Origin: Pseudogymnoascus verrucosus
Taxonomy: Eukaryota
Strand: one strand, 5' to 3'
DNA: 64,000 nt
Assembly: GCA_001662655.1 (NCBI GenBank)
Contig: KV460206.1
Part shown: positions 50,192 to 64,000 of the stretch, one piece after another
How the letters are laid out: every line of letters starts with the position of its first letter
Position numbering within the stretch: the stretch's first letter is position 1
The notes under the pieces: generated by a model
Seen by the model: the letters and a program-made list of their open reading frames with translations, nothing else
What the model was told of the DNA's origin: nothing
The model's database searches: none
Made by a program: the position numbers and the translations under genes

Positions 50192-53100
50192 TCAAGGATT
50201 ACGTTGGGTCAACGCGGCGAATCGTTCGGCGACCTGGGAGAGGTCAGTTATTACTCTGTGTCAAGGGAACGCATGATGTGAATTACCTCTGGTGCGGATT
50301 TGATAAAGGGGAGGTCGAAGAACATGTATTTCTCGTTCTTGATGAGCTCGAAGATTGTGATGAGCAGGCCCCACGGTTGTGGCCAAGGTCCAATGAGTCT
50401 CTCCAGTAAAACCCGAGTTATTTGTTGACGGATATCCGACTCTTCCTGGTCATTCATGTCATTGCCAAATACATCAAGTAAGGCCTGGCTGAAATAAAGA
50501 GTGTGGGCATTGGGGAACCGCAGGTGGTTGGCCATGCTGTTCACGAAGTAGTAGCGAGCCTCTGAGCTCAGCTCGTGGATAAGCATAGTCAAAAGAGCTG
50601 AATCAGGGGACCCTTGGATGAAGATTGGCCCGCCTTTCTGAGAAGCATTTTCGATTGCATGCATGCCGATGTGCAGTACGATTGCGTCGATAAGCTCCAA
50701 GTCAACATGAATTGGTAGGTATCCCGCTGATGTGTGGTGGCTCTTCTGGCGCTGAATTGCATGTGCAATGTGAGCGACAGCATCTTCAGATGGTCCACTT
50801 TGTAACGCCTGGTCAACAAGATCCAAGAGCCCGGCTTCTTTCAAGGGCGCCTCAGTATTAAATGCAACGGACGGAGGCTCGCGAATGTCCTCAACGCGGT
50901 CAATCTTGAGGCCAGCCTGCAGAGGATCAGGCATTTTGGAGAATGCCGATGGACCCGACGTCAAAATCATATTGTGCAGCTGAATGCAGTGCGGAGGAAT
51001 AGCAGCACAGAGGCGAACATGGTTGCCCGACAAGAACTCCGGGTAATCATGGTGGAGGACCACAAGAACCTTGATTGCTCCATGGTAGATGTCTTTCGTC
51101 ACTGGCGAAATATGGAGCTGCTTAAGAAGTTCTCCCAAGTATAGCATTAGGCACTCCAGTAGCTGCACGAGTGGTTCCCAGCCACTCTGCTGCTGCAATT
51201 GAAACATGTGAGGCATAAAGTCTCTGTGAGAGATAAGTCCCACCCATGCGAAAACAAATCCAGGATAGCGCGACGGCTGCAACTTCAAGAATGCATCTGC
51301 AAATACTTGATAGAATTGATTTCTCTCGGCTTCTGAGAATTGTGGCGCAACAACATTGAATTCGTGCAACATTGTCGAGAACAACCTAAAGAAAACCTTT
51401 TGGTTGAAACCTTCGCCACGCATGACGTGATGATGGTTCAAAACAAGAAGTATGAGAGACAAGATGGCCTCGAAATAAGCCACCTTATCACGTTGGACTT
51501 CGCCAGGTCGTTCGCCAGATCGCTTCACCAGGCGTACAACCAACTTAGCCAAAGCATCAATTGGGAGGTAGGCGTCATTGGCTAAGCCGTTGTTCTGAAA
51601 GTGGTGGTCGAAGCGATCGACAGACGCATCAATGCAAATACGTAAGAATAGACAGGTATTCTCCTGATCGGTAACAATCTGTTTGTTGTGGAGTTGCTCA
51701 ATAAAGTTATTGGTGGTGCTGTCAGTGGCGCCGGCGCTGTTGCTCAGGTTGACCCATTCTTCGAAGACGTAGCCCATCTGGTCCTTGTGGGCCTGGAATT
51801 TGTTGTCGCTATCGCTGGTTAAAGTCTGCATTAGGCCGGATGACTTTAGCTTCTGGATAAGCTGCTTGCCAGCTTCCAAATCGGGCTCCTCGCCCAGCCA
51901 CTGAGCAAGAGCTTCAAAGCTTCTCGCAAAGTCCGTGAATAATGCGACAGGTCTATCAACCAGAAGCACTCGGCTTGTGAGCGCCGACAAGAAATCAATT
52001 GCAGACACTTTGCGCTGTTGCAAAGCTTTGGAGGCAGCGATGTCAACGCGTTGCCAGTCGAGAAGAGAGATGTCCGTATTGATCAAGGACAGGACAAGTG
52101 GCACGCTCAACAAGCGTTCATCGGGCTGCTGGGCAATAAACATCACAACATGGCGAGCTGTGCCACCGTGCAGCTGGCAAAGCATATCTAGAATATGCAC
52201 CAAGCTCTCAATAGCAAGGTCACCCTCAGTAGCTGGACTGAAAAGCAACTGCAGAATATGGTCTGCAGTGAACCTCGAGGCCTCATCAGACACTTGAGTG
52301 TTCCTAATGATAATTTGGCCGAGCGCATCAACAATATCAACAATAGTGTGAGGACGAGGCAATTCGGAGTAGTGCTGCTCCGGAGAGTTGCTTGCTGCCC
52401 TCAACAGTTCATCGAGAAGCTCTTGGATTCGGTCCGCAAGATTTCTGTGGTCGACAGGAGGGGCTGGGGATCGTCCGTTAGTCAACGAGGCGGCCGGTTG
52501 CCCATATGTATGCGGCTGACTGTTGAGAAGCGGCATTACTGGGGGTTCTGCCGGCGTTGGCAAGTTCCCCACAGATGGATATTGGTCCTGGAGGACGTCA
52601 TTTGCTATGGAGCGGCTGGCGTCCGATGCCGACGTAGCATGAGCTGAAATGCCGAGAGAAGCAATACGAGGCTGTCTGGCGAACTCGTCGTATATAGCCA
52701 TCTGTTCCGAGTTGAGACCTCCTGGAGTGCCAGGTAGTAGCTTATACGGGTTTGGAATGGTCATTGCCCAGCGGCTCAGAGTAGGGTCAACGTATGGCTC
52801 GGTAGGTCTTGCAGCTCGCCATCTGCGGCGCGCCTCGATTTCTGACTCGATCATATCCTCGATCTCCGGAACGGCACGCTCCTCAGCCTTGTTCTCAACT
52901 TGCTTGCAGGCCATATCAAGGTTAGAGTTGACGCACATGATAATGGTCCCTTCTGCTAAGCCCTGGTTCATGCTCATAGACGCTTCGCGAATATAGTTAT
53001 TCATGCTAGCTCGGAGAGGTTCCTTCGAAGTAACCAGGGCAAGGCTGCCAGCAGTTTTCTTGACCATAGCAATAGCAGCATGTCGTAATCTATTCTCATC

Positions 53101-56100
53101 GCCCTCGATAGCAAAATCCTTGTGGATCATTTGGGCAGTTGAGATCGCTGCGATTGTGACTGAACGCTCAACAACGGGTGATATGATCTCGTGCACAGCA
53201 CGCGTAATCGCTGTTCGGACAATATCTTGCAGGCGGGCCTGGTTAACCAGATCATTTGCTGGGGGGTACACCAGAAGAGGGCCCAGGTCTGGAATTGACG
53301 AAGTTATATCCTGGGGCGAGAATCGGCCAGTGCCAACGCCAGGTGCGATACCATTCATAGAAAGGCTATCAAATCTGTCGACAACATCAAGCGAGATCGG
53401 CTCGGTTGGCTCATCAATAGCTGGCAGGCGTGTCTGAATGTCCGTTGAAGGCTCTATGCTCTTATGGTCAAGGTTCAGGCCTTTGCATAAAACTTCAATC
53501 TCGAATTTGAGGTTCAGTTTGAGCTCTGCGTGTTGGTAGAGTTCAATGAGCAGATGTATGATGTCCATCAGCCAAGGGTTGGGAGGTTGGAAGATCGTCG
53601 ACGATGCACCTTGCAGCAATACCTTGCATACAAAGGGAATAACAACGATTAAGCGTTGAGTATCGAAAGCTTCGAGGAGCAGCTGCTTGAACGCAATATT
53701 CTTGTGCTTTATCGGCTTATCCCGTGCTAGGGTCAAGGATCCCAGCCATCCACCCAAGTTCTTCAGGTGAGCGCGCTCCGTAGACGACTGCATAGTGGCC
53801 TCCGCATTAAGCATTCGGATCACACTAACATAGGTCTCGCGTAAGACTTCCGACCAAAGTGCCTTGTTTCCGAACAGGCGTACGAGGTCAAGGTAGAGCT
53901 GGTGGTAGTTTGGCTGCATCTTTGCGCGCTCTTCGACGAGATGTCCTGCGAACCATTGCTGATGCCTCTCCTCGATGACATCTTTAAGCTCTTTGAATTT
54001 TGTCTCAAGATTTCTCTCTGTGATATTGTTCAACACAAATAAAACCTTCTCTTGGGTGTCGTCCGACGGGTCCTCATAAATACTGTTATATGCCGGCTGA
54101 TCAACGTGTAGCGCGTTGAACGGCGCTACACTTGGGTCAGTGGAAAGCATGTCGTCAAAGTTTCCATTCGGGATAGCACCGCCATTAACGGAGTTGTCGG
54201 CGGACAAGCCGTCCGCGTTGCCGCTTCGTGACAAATCCGCCTGCTCGCGGCAGACTTCATCAGCTCTAGCCCAAACATCTGTCCCTTGAAGTCCAGGAAT
54301 TCGCAAAAGATGCCTGCAGAAGCCTGGCCACTCTCCAAACCTTTCGAAGGTTTGCTTCAGCGCCTCCACGCCAAACTTGTACATTGGCTGGTCAGGTGTA
54401 TTATCTTTCACCGCGTCCAAAATCATGCCGAGGGCAACTTCCAATGGCAAATCCGGCAGAAGCTTTGCCTTGATGATTCCACCGAACAAAACAGCGGTTG
54501 TTTTGAGCGCTTCCAGAGGGTAGGTGCTGTAGAGACTATACTCGTCAAAAAGCCCGTGAATCATGCAGGCAAAGACATCCTGATCAGAGGGGTTGCGTGA
54601 CAGTTTATAGTCTCTGAGGGCTTCCACAACAGCTCGAACTTTAATCTCCTCGCTGTACATGCGCTTGTAGTGCTCCTCCATTTTCTCGTTGGCTTCAATG
54701 GGTAGCGAGTTCCTTTCACGACCGTTCTCATCGATAATGTCATCAAAACCCTCGCCATAGTTGACCAGTCGAGGGTAAGCCGTGATACATGACCGTTGAA
54801 GCGCCATCTGCTCTGTGCTTAATGATCGAGGCAGGATGCTGGTCAATATATTCAAAAGCGCTGATATCGTCCTCACAGGTAGCATGACACTTGTAGGCTG
54901 CTCCTGATCGGTCCTTTGCACCTGAAGCTCATGCTGCGCCTTAATTCCGAGGAAGTTGAGCAGCATCTGTGCTAGTTCGTCCGGGTGTTGAGAATGCTTT
55001 TGCTGCCACTGATCGAGCTCGAGTTTGCCGCTCGCATGTGCCAAGGCAGCAAGATCCAAACCAAATCCATTTAATATGAGGAGGTCATAGAGCCAATTAT
55101 GTCTGATCGAATGCTCCAGGATCATAGGCAGTTCGAGTGGCGTACGCCCATGCGTCTCAATAAGTCGCCCGACGAGCCAGTTCCTGTCTTTATTCCAAAC
55201 CGAGTACAACACAAAGTCGTAATTTGGGTCGATTTTGTATAGGAAGCGGTCAAATAGAGAGTTAAGTGTATCAGTCGCCAGCTCTGGCCAAGGTTTTGGC
55301 ACACCAAAAGCAGACACCACGAATACATCCAAATTCGGTACAACAACCTCTTGAAAGAGTCTCTTGGCTTCAGGAGTGTCAGAGGCAACATTGGATTGCA
55401 GTGCCACGTGAAACACTGCTTCCAGCGCAAGCACAGACACCAGGGGGTGTCTCACGGCGCTTGCTGCACGTTCTTGAACATTCGCCATCGCTCCTGCGAA
55501 TTCTGCAAGAGTGAAAGATGGCTGCAAGCCCGGAATAGTGCTTGCATCTAACTGTTCCGGATTCAATGAAGCATAGGCGTTGATGAAAGACAACTGGGTT
55601 TCCGAGTTCTGCCAACGGCCACCCCACAAGCTTTGCACGTCGAAGGTGCTATCGTCGTCGGCAAGCGGTTTAAGGGCTGAATAGAGGGCAAAGAACTGAT
55701 CGGAAGAAATGCGGAGGCCTTCTTGATCAAATTGTGCCACGGTGCGCTGCCAGTTAAAGCTCCGAGGTAGTTCCTTTCGAAGGCTCTTGACGAGCACTGA
55801 CGTCGAAAATCGAGGTGTGCGGCTTATTGCTGTATACAACAAGGCCATGCCAACTTGTTCTTCATCAAGCCGACTAATTCCCATGCTGCGAATGTATTTT
55901 ATACACGTTTCCTCATCGGCCGTAAAGGCAGCTCCCATCCGTCGAATGTATAATATGAAAGGGCTGTGGTCGAAGGAGGGTTTCATTAAATATAGCGCTG
56001 CTAAAATTTCGACTGGAAGTGTGTCCTGTTCCGGTTGAGAGTATCGATATCGTATCGCCATCGTGAAGTCGGCCTTGGCTCCATCGTTGAAGTTTGGTGG

Positions 56101-56915
56101 GTGCTCTTGGATAAAACGGTCGATTATGGTTGCCACAAATGATGCTGTCATATCTCCATGGAGGTTATCGTGTGGTGAGGAGAGAATGTGGAGGAATGAT
56201 TGAAAGTTTGCAGAAAGTATGGCATCGGCTGTGATGTGTCAGTGGTTTGCATTGGGGGTATTGGTTGATCCTATCAAACCTTTGGTCTTTAGATCTGATC
56301 GCGAGCATTGTTTGAATGCTAAAGCTAGGATTGTCTTCTCGAGCGCATCTAGCTTAAAGTGTTCCATAAAGGTTGATAGATCGAAGTCGCGAAATATATC
56401 CTCGTTCGCTGTTTCGATGGACTCGGCGATCTTCCCGGCTTGGTCGACATCATGCGATACCTTTCGGACCTCATTGACCAGGATTTGGTAGTTGCCGGGG
56501 TTTGCAACTGATCTATTCACGCCAGGGAATATCTGCGGCGCATTGCCAACAACCAGTCGGCTGAAGTATTTCTGGAATACTTCCATGCCGTGGTCATCGA
56601 TCAGCTGCAGGAGTTTAGTTAGCGCGGCGGACGTGTTTAATGCGAGAAGTCGTGACAAAAGCATACCTTCCTGAGCTGTTCTGCTTGTGCTTCCCACTTT
56701 GTTCGGTCCTTATCTTCCTTGATGGTGCTGAGGAGTAGGTATACTTGTGCGACGACAATCTTCGTCAATGAGTTCGAGCCAGTCGGTGTGCTTGGGCTTG
56801 GGCCTGCGCTGAGGCCTCCAGTATGTGGACCGTGAGGTGAATGGCTGCTGGCTGTTATGATACTCTGCGCGGGCGAAGGTGTATATGTGCCGCTCCGATG
56901 ATGAATTGGGACCAT
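50192..56915 (-). CDS. NOT1: CCR4-NOT scaffold subunit Not1; 4 exons
   Basis: ACMIHGLFDEY, KVLFVLNN, LKNLGGWLG, LKLNLKFEIEVLC, PVVERSVTIA, YPGFVFAW, LRFPNAHT, PWGLLIT; last exon VAERFAALTQRNP* ends at 50192. Confidence 0.95.
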
Positions 56916-58163
56916 CGAGTAGGGTGCTGAAAGGGCAGAGGTCCACTACACCAAGGAAGCTTCCCTCTCGAACCTTGCAGTTGTCAGAGGATAGAGACCA
57001 AGTTGTATGGACATGGGATCTGGGGTCAGATACAAAAGGGTGGCGGTGAAGGATGCCGGTGGTGGAGCGGTCGGGGATAGTGGATTGAGAGGATGAGGAT
57101 AAGGCTTTGGAGGAAGGGCGAGTGAGGTTAGAGTGAAGTGGTGTTGTACAGTCGCGCTTGATGAGGCTTGCTCCCTAACCGAGCGTCTGCGCTGCTGTAC
57201 CTACCTACGCTAGTGCATTAACGTCGGATGACTAAGCAGTCTAATGGTCAACAGCTGAAGTTTTAGATTGGCAACGGCCATTATAGTCACGTGCTCATGG
57301 TCCCTGCCACGTAACCCGTCGTGTAGTATTATAAGGGGTTGCCACTCCAGGGACAAAGACGAGAGTGCATCAGGGTTTATTATTTATTCTTTGTGTTTTA
57401 GCAAACTATCAGACGCCGTTTGGTTTTCAGTTGCAGTATTACATTTTAGTACATTCCTACCACTTGGTATCACGTACTACGGCGTTTGGCATGTAACAAA
57501 CGGGTGAGGAGCGAGGGATGCGTGTATTCACTATCAAGCCTTCAATTTTGAAATACTATCATTTTATACCATACTAATAGGGGCCGTGTATGCTACAGTG
57601 ATTTATTGATTTTGTATGAGAGTATATACATATATATCTCGTCGATAATATGGCTGTCTGTAATTTATTAATAATTACCATAAATCCATTATTATATTTC
57701 CTGAGAATTTAAATAAAACCAAGTTTAGCTGAATAGTTCGTTACCGCACAAGCAAGAACCGTAATAATAATATTATAGAAAAAGAACAAAAAAAGTAAAT
57801 ACCAATATATTGTCAGATGAGGTAAAGTTAACATTGAAACATGATACTTGGTCAGGAGTTGGTGGGGTTGAACCCATATGTTAATATGTGGTGGGTGGTC
57901 TGGTGGCCACGAAAGGCCGGTTGCTGGGGGAACAACAACCCAAGTCAACAAATCCATAATGGAGTCCTGTTAACCATCCCATCCATTTGCGAATACTACG
58001 CAACCTCAACTGCTCTATCATACCCACGATTTAGGAAGGCTTATTCTTCCGATAGTTCACCATCAAGACCTACATCAGTACTGTTGTTAAATATACGAAA
58101 TATCTTTGAATCGCGATTGAGAGACACACACTCCACGAGACCAGCAACACAGCCATCGTCGCG

Positions 58164-61100
58164 ATGCCTGGCACGGTCTCGGAGGGTCCGTCAGTCGCTC
58201 TGTCATGTAATTCCCCCGTCCAAACCAGAAGCATCGAATGATACTGACTTATTACAGTTGCCAATAATTTCTGGGGTATGCAAGCAAACCATCAAGCCAT
58301 ACGAATAGAGAATCAAGTCTAACAACACGGGAAATAGGAAAGGAAGATGCCGGGGTCAACCCACTCCTCGAGCGCATGCACAATGCGAAGCAGACCTGTG
58401 ATGAACTGAAGGCCTTTTATAATGGTACGGAGAACTTGGAAACCGGACGGGACTCAACACTGACGCACCCAAACAGCTAGGGCCTCGCTCGAAGAAGAAT
58501 ATGCACGGAAGCTTTTGGCCCTGAGCCGTAAGCCGTTGGGGTCACAAGAGGCCGGCACCCTACGAGCTTCGATGGACGTGATGAGAGGAGAGGTGGAGTC
58601 CATGGGGAAGTCACACCAGAATGTTGCACAACAGATGAAGACGGAGTTGGAAGAGCCGCTGGCGGCATTTGCTGGAGCCATGAAGGAGCGCCGTAAAATC
58701 GTCCAAGGAGGCATTGAGAAGCTCCTTAAGACTAAAATCCAGCAAACCCAAGTAGTTAATAAGGTATGTCTCGATCTGATACTCGTAATATTCTCCACAT
58801 ACTAACCTGGTGCAGACTCGCGACAGATACGAACAAGAGTGCCTCAAGATCAAGGGGTATCTAGCACAAGGCCACATGGTCATGGGCCAGGAAGAGCGTA
58901 AAAACAAAGCCAAGCTTGAGAAGACACAAATTAATGTCGCCACGTCGAATACGGAATACGAAGCTGCCGTTAAGGTATTAGAGGAAACCACGGGCCGCTG
59001 GAATAGAGACTGGAAGGGCGCATCCGATAAATTCCAAGATCTCGAAGAGGAGAGACTGGACTTCACAAAGAGCAGTCTGTGGACCTTTGCGAACATTGCA
59101 TCCACCGTTTGTGTTAGCGACGACGCCTCCTGTGAAAAGATCCGCCTGTCACTCGAGAACTGCGAGGTTGAGAAAGACATCCTCTCATTCATCAAAGAGT
59201 GCGGAACCGGCCAAGAGATCCCGGATCCTCCAAAGTATATCAATTTCTGCCGTGGCGATATAAGTGACACACAGTCAGAGGTTTCCGAAGACGATGCCTA
59301 TTCCGTGGCACAATTCCAAAGGACCATTAACCCTGCTTTCAGGTCATCTTCTCCCCAACCTTCGACATACGAGTCTCATCACGATCCAAAGTCCAACCTC
59401 GCACGAGAGCTGGGACACAGAGAGCCAGAGACACCCCCAAGCCGCGAAACTACCATCACTCCACAGAAAGTATTGGCCGACAGGACAGCACAACCACAGG
59501 TAGACTACAGGAGAGAACCAAGCAGGCTGCAATATGAGCAACCCCAGAATGTGCAACTGGCATCCGTGCCTCACGACCCTTACCCAATGGATGGTATGAC
59601 AATGCTGTGCCGGACTGGACCGCCATCCGACAGAAGCTCGGCCGTCAGCGGACTTCGTCCATCTAGCCGTGATTCGCACAGCGAATATTCCAATCCGACA
59701 TCGTTTTCGAGCATGGAACCTCCAAGCGGCAAGCAATCACCTATCAAGCAAGATGCCGCGTTTGCACCCGCCGTCGATAAGTCTGTTCAAAAGAAGAAGA
59801 GTGGCTTCTTTCAAAGCCACAGCCCTTTCAGAAGGAAGAGCAAGCACGGAAAGGAGATCCAAGCGGCAGCCCCCAGCCCATCGAATAGAAACACATGGTC
59901 AGCAAAGCCTACGTCAAACTACCAGGCTTCCTCGTTTGGCCGATCCCAGGGCTATGGCAACTCCCAGAATAGCCTTACCGATAGAGAGACTACTGGCGGT
60001 GAACCTGTCGACCCCCGAGCAAGTTTCCAGTTGAACGTTGGCAACAATGTCTTCGATGTTGCAACGCCAGACCGAAGGAATACAGCTCCTCAAGAGAGGG
60101 CAGGGGATGAACTTGACCCTATTGCCCAGGCTTTAGCAGAGTTAAAGGGAGTCACAAAACAATCCTCATCTCGCGTTTCTGCAGACCATTACTCTGGAAT
60201 GGCAACACCCGCCCCAGAATCTACCAGTGCCTCACGGACTAGGAACACTCCCATGGGCAATGGAGCTTTGGTCGCTGCCACTCGTGGAACACCTCCACCT
60301 TCGTATGACCAGCCAGTGTCCAGACTGGGTCTCCCACAGCCCGCCTTCACCTCAAAGGCCATGCAGCAAACAAGCCAGAAATATCAAGCACAAACCCAGA
60401 ACATGTTTAACTCTAGCCAGTCGCGGCCCGAGCCTCAACCCGACTATGGCTCCGCCAGATCTCGTCCGGGAACGAGGGGCAGCGACATGCCCAGAGCAAC
60501 TTCTCCTATGCCTACCCGAAGCGTCTCCCCGAGACCCAGTCAATCTAGCCAAGTCATGAACAATAACAATGATGGGAGACAGGGATACCGTTCTGTATCG
60601 CCAAACCCATATGGCGGCAACAGCCAACAGCGCGGAGCACCACAGAGTCAAGGATACCAACGCTACAATTCGCCAGGTGATACCGCACGTTCTGTGTCTC
60701 CAGCCCCCTTCAGAGAGAGATCCGGAAGCAGAATGAGCGGGGGAGACATGTCGTTGCAGCTTGCTCCTGCTGGAGATGATGGGTACGGATCGCAGCAGGG
60801 ACGACACGGAGGCGGAAGGCCAAGAACCAGTGGAACTAGCAGACCTATGAGCTACTATGGCGGGCAAGGAGGACAGCAGCAGATTGCCCAGGTGAACCCT
60901 CACCAACGAAGCAAGAGCGTGGCAGACAACAGGCAGTTTAACAGAGATGGGCGTCCTATTTTGCATTTCGGTATGTTTGTGTTGTCAGGTTTTTTTTTTG
61001 GAATGTTGCTAACTTGCTCATAGCTCGCGCTCAATACAACTACACAGCTGCAATCCCTGAGGAGCTCAGCTTCGGGAAGGGAGATACCCTCGCTGTCCTG

Positions 61101-61193
61101 AGACTGCAAGACGATGGTTGGTGGGAGGCTGAGGTTGCAGGCAAAAACCAACGGCCGGGCCTGGTTCCAAGCAACTATCTCCAGCAGATCTAA
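58164..61193 (+). CDS. F-BAR/SH3 septation protein (Imp2/Cdc15/Hof1 family); about 6 exons
   Basis: SF|ANNFWG|KEDAG..LLERM, RASLEEEYARKL, FQDLEEERLDF, GTGQEIPDPP, C-terminal SH3 (ARAQYNYTAAIPEELSF..DDGWW..GLVPSNYL). Confidence 0.9.
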
Positions 61194-61446
61194 GCGAGAG
61201 CTTCATGAGTATGGTAAAGTATAGGAAAGTAATTTGTTTGGGTTCAGGAGCAAGCGTTAGGGTTGATTTATTTTGTAACGATTGGTTTCACTTGTACTAG
61301 CTAGGTGCTTGAGCTTCGACTCCGGAATATGCACCAATGTTTACGTATACGTATAGTTCTCATGAATTCAAATCCTATTCAAATATGCCTTCTGTATAGT
61401 GTACCCTGTGAATGCTTTATATAAAACAAAAACGAGGCTAATATAT

Positions 61447-63978
61447 CTATGTCATTGGCGTTACCTTCGGGACCACCCACCAGTCATGGTATCCCTTCTC
61501 ACTGGACTCAATCTCTACCTTCAACTGCAGAGTTTTTGACTTCGTCTTCTCTGCTGCGGCCATGGCCCTCTTCACCATCATCAGCGTTATACTAACACTA
61601 ATACAGCTCTTCACCTCAGCCTTCACGTTATTATGCCACGCCTCATCACACCACTTGCCCCTGCACTTTGCGGTCTTCGCATCGAGTTTGCTCAATAACT
61701 CGAAGTCCTTCCTCGCCTTCGCCGCGGCATCAGAAGCGAACGCAAGTAGGTTAGCTGATGACTCCTGCGGCTGTGAGACGACTTCTTGGAAAACAGGGAA
61801 TGGTAAGAACTCCGGCAGAGAAACGGCGAGGAAGGACTTCATCCGCTGCTCATACCGGATCGCATCTGTACTGTATGGATGCGGTGTCTGAGGAATTAAG
61901 TTGTATCTCGTGAGGATTGTGTATAGGCAGCCGATCGAATTAGCCAATGCCTGCTTAGCGGACGAGCTTAACATGGAAATATTGACGTGGCTCATAGTTG
62001 CAGCGAATGCCTCGTCTTTGGTGGCGAAATTCTCTTGCTTTGGATCCCGACGCAGTTCGGCGTAGTCCTTTGTTAGGAAACCTCGGATGCGCTGGAGGTG
62101 CCGAAAGGTTGTTTGTGAAATGTTGTGGAGATACCAATACATCCCGGCAAGCTCATCGGCGGCGTATACCTCGAGCTCAAAACCCATCTGTATGAGCCAT
62201 TCCATCTGTCTAAGCTTGTAATAGTAACTCCAGCTCGACAGAGGGAAAGAGTAGATGGGTTCTGGGCCAAAGTCAGGATCGACAATCGGTTTCTCTTTGG
62301 TGAAATCGCGTAGTTCGGCGTCGATTTCTTCTGCATCGAGCTGTAAGGTGTCCCAATCGACAATAGTATGGTGAAGAGTCCGCCTGATGCGGCAGCGGTT
62401 CTGACATAAAGCTCGCAGGATATCCAGGAAAGATTGGGCGGCTCGACTGCGGAAGATTTCCATATGTTGGGCCATTTGGTGGCGAGGATCATGTGGAACT
62501 TCGATCTCATCATTGATAGCATCGAGGAGGGGGTTGGCAGGAAGGACGAGCGCCGCGAGATCCTCATCAAGGACGGACCGAAGGGAGAGCTTTCCGAGAA
62601 CAACCATCTGGCAAAATAGATAGTGCTGAAGGAGAGTGCGTATGTACACCGATGGTTGGGGTTTGCTCTTTTGAAAGAGAATGACAAAATTCTATTTTTA
62701 TAATCAGTAAGATGCTCCGCGGGTGGATTTGGGGAACTGACCATCAAGCTGTTTGTGTCATGAAAGTCCAAGACTTCGGAAACCACCAGTCCGTCTTTAC
62801 ACAGCCGTTCTAGATGCTGATATGCATCGTCGAATGCAATCGTTACCACAGGGCGTGGCGGCACCGTACTCGCAAGCTTCCGTTGCAACTTCACACTGAA
62901 CGAGTCTGGAACTGGCTTAGCTAGCTCTCTCTCAGACTTGATACCAGGTAGAAGCTCGAGCGTTGTAGACCATGCTAACAGCAATGGTTCCGCGGACGAT
63001 CGATCTTCTGTTACGCCAACTGTATTCAGGAGAGAATTTCGGCATTTGAGTCTTTGGACCAGAGCATCCTTAACCCTAGGATCCATGGAATCTGAAGTTG
63101 CAAGTAGATGTATGGTCACATCTATAAATTTGGTGATCGATGCATCATCCAGTTCCGCGAGAAGGCTCCTATTGTATGTGTGTGTGACGAAATCTTCTTC
63201 CTAATAAATAATAAGAATCAGAGAAGCGGACGAAGGATCTAAAGAACCTACTTCATAGAAATGTTCTGACTTGACCCGTTCATTGATGTGCCAGCATGTC
63301 TTTATAATAGCTAGACAGTAGGCTACAAGAACCCTCAGTGTCAGTGGCTCTGTCAAACTCGGGCAATCGGCCGGAGAAGAAAGATCTTCTACGTTTTCTA
63401 GTTTTAAAGTGAGTATCTTATCAATGTAGAGGCTGGTGAATAGCGTCTGTGACAATGGATGACCCATATGCCATGCCATCTGTTTGATTCTTAGTGGCAA
63501 TCTCCATGAGAAGGAATAGAACACATACCTCAAGACATAATAGCTGATCTATTATTCCTAAACACTCCTCTGGCAAAAGCTCTCTCCAAATATCGTAACT
63601 GTCTTCCATAGTCTCGCCCTCTGCAAGGAACCCTGTGTCCATTTTGGGATCCATGATCTATAAAAAGATTTAGGCTCAGGACAAGAAACACATATATGAT
63701 GGACCTACCTCTATGGCACCAACTGACTCAAAAAGAGTAAAATACTCATCTTTGACGAGTTCTCCAACCTCAAGCCCTTCCCAGTGGGTTAGTGTTTCTG
63801 TTCGGTACTCCAACGCGGGGCAGTGACATACCCTCAGCAGCTTTAGTGAAAACGTCAGTGATGTCTACAGCGACGACGCCCGAACTATGAATCCGGGGTG
63901 CTGGCCGAAGTACTTCCCCGTACTCATCCAGAGGTTGGGGTTGTTTGAGTCCATTATTGATATCAAGGTTTGAGGTTC
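61447..63978 (-). CDS. MAK10: NatC auxiliary subunit Mak10/NAA35; 5' end lies beyond the window
   Basis: VDITDVF, GELVKDEYFTLFESVGAIE|IMDPKMDTG, MAWHMGHPLSQTLFT, HFYE|EEDFVT, CQNRCRIRR, GFELEVY..DEL. Confidence 0.9.
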
Positions 63979-64000
63979 CTGATGGCGGTTAGCAACTGCA

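Noticed and set aside
57540..57850. AT-rich island, possible RIP-mutated repeat
   Set aside because: Short, lacks transposon hallmarks, and is consistent with a divergent promoter region
62073..63119. Overlapping ORFs in MAK10 suggesting a frameshift
   Set aside because: Explained by a normal intron (about 62741-62692) that restores NFVILFQKSKPQPSVYIR

Overview
Gene-dense euchromatic window of a filamentous ascomycete genome. The short GT-AG introns with CTRAC branch sites and the gene content suggest a Leotiomycete, possibly Pseudogymnoascus-like (inference only). I reconstructed about 29 protein-coding genes, most of them spliced. Almost all are housekeeping: THOC3/TEX1, an aldo-keto reductase, an IEC1-like C2H2 protein, a 2-hydroxyacid dehydrogenase, a SUZ protein, NAR1, EMP24, ARF1, MIX23, a mitochondrial carrier, eIF3h, SAH1, HSP78, EFB1, EMC5, MSH5, MCM10, RNH202, AIM21, TVP18, NTF2, NOT1, an Imp2/Hof1-type F-BAR protein and MAK10. 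I found no tRNA, rRNA, CRISPR array or intact transposon. The most interesting signals are non-coding and invisible to the ORF track. First, an apparently dedicated spliced host transcript, divergent from NTF2, carries an intronic dual-guide box C/D snoRNA (about 46239-46335). Its guides match 18S helix 34 next to the ac4C site and the 25S peptidyl-transferase region. Second, U18/snR18 sits in an EFB1 intron. Other points of note are a GC-AG intron, a 376-nt first intron in the mitochondrial carrier gene, a heat-shock element upstream of HSP78, and an EEAKKA repeat in AIM21 that spans a 110-N assembly gap. Gene names come from motif recognition, not database searches. Yeast rRNA numbering is quoted from memory.
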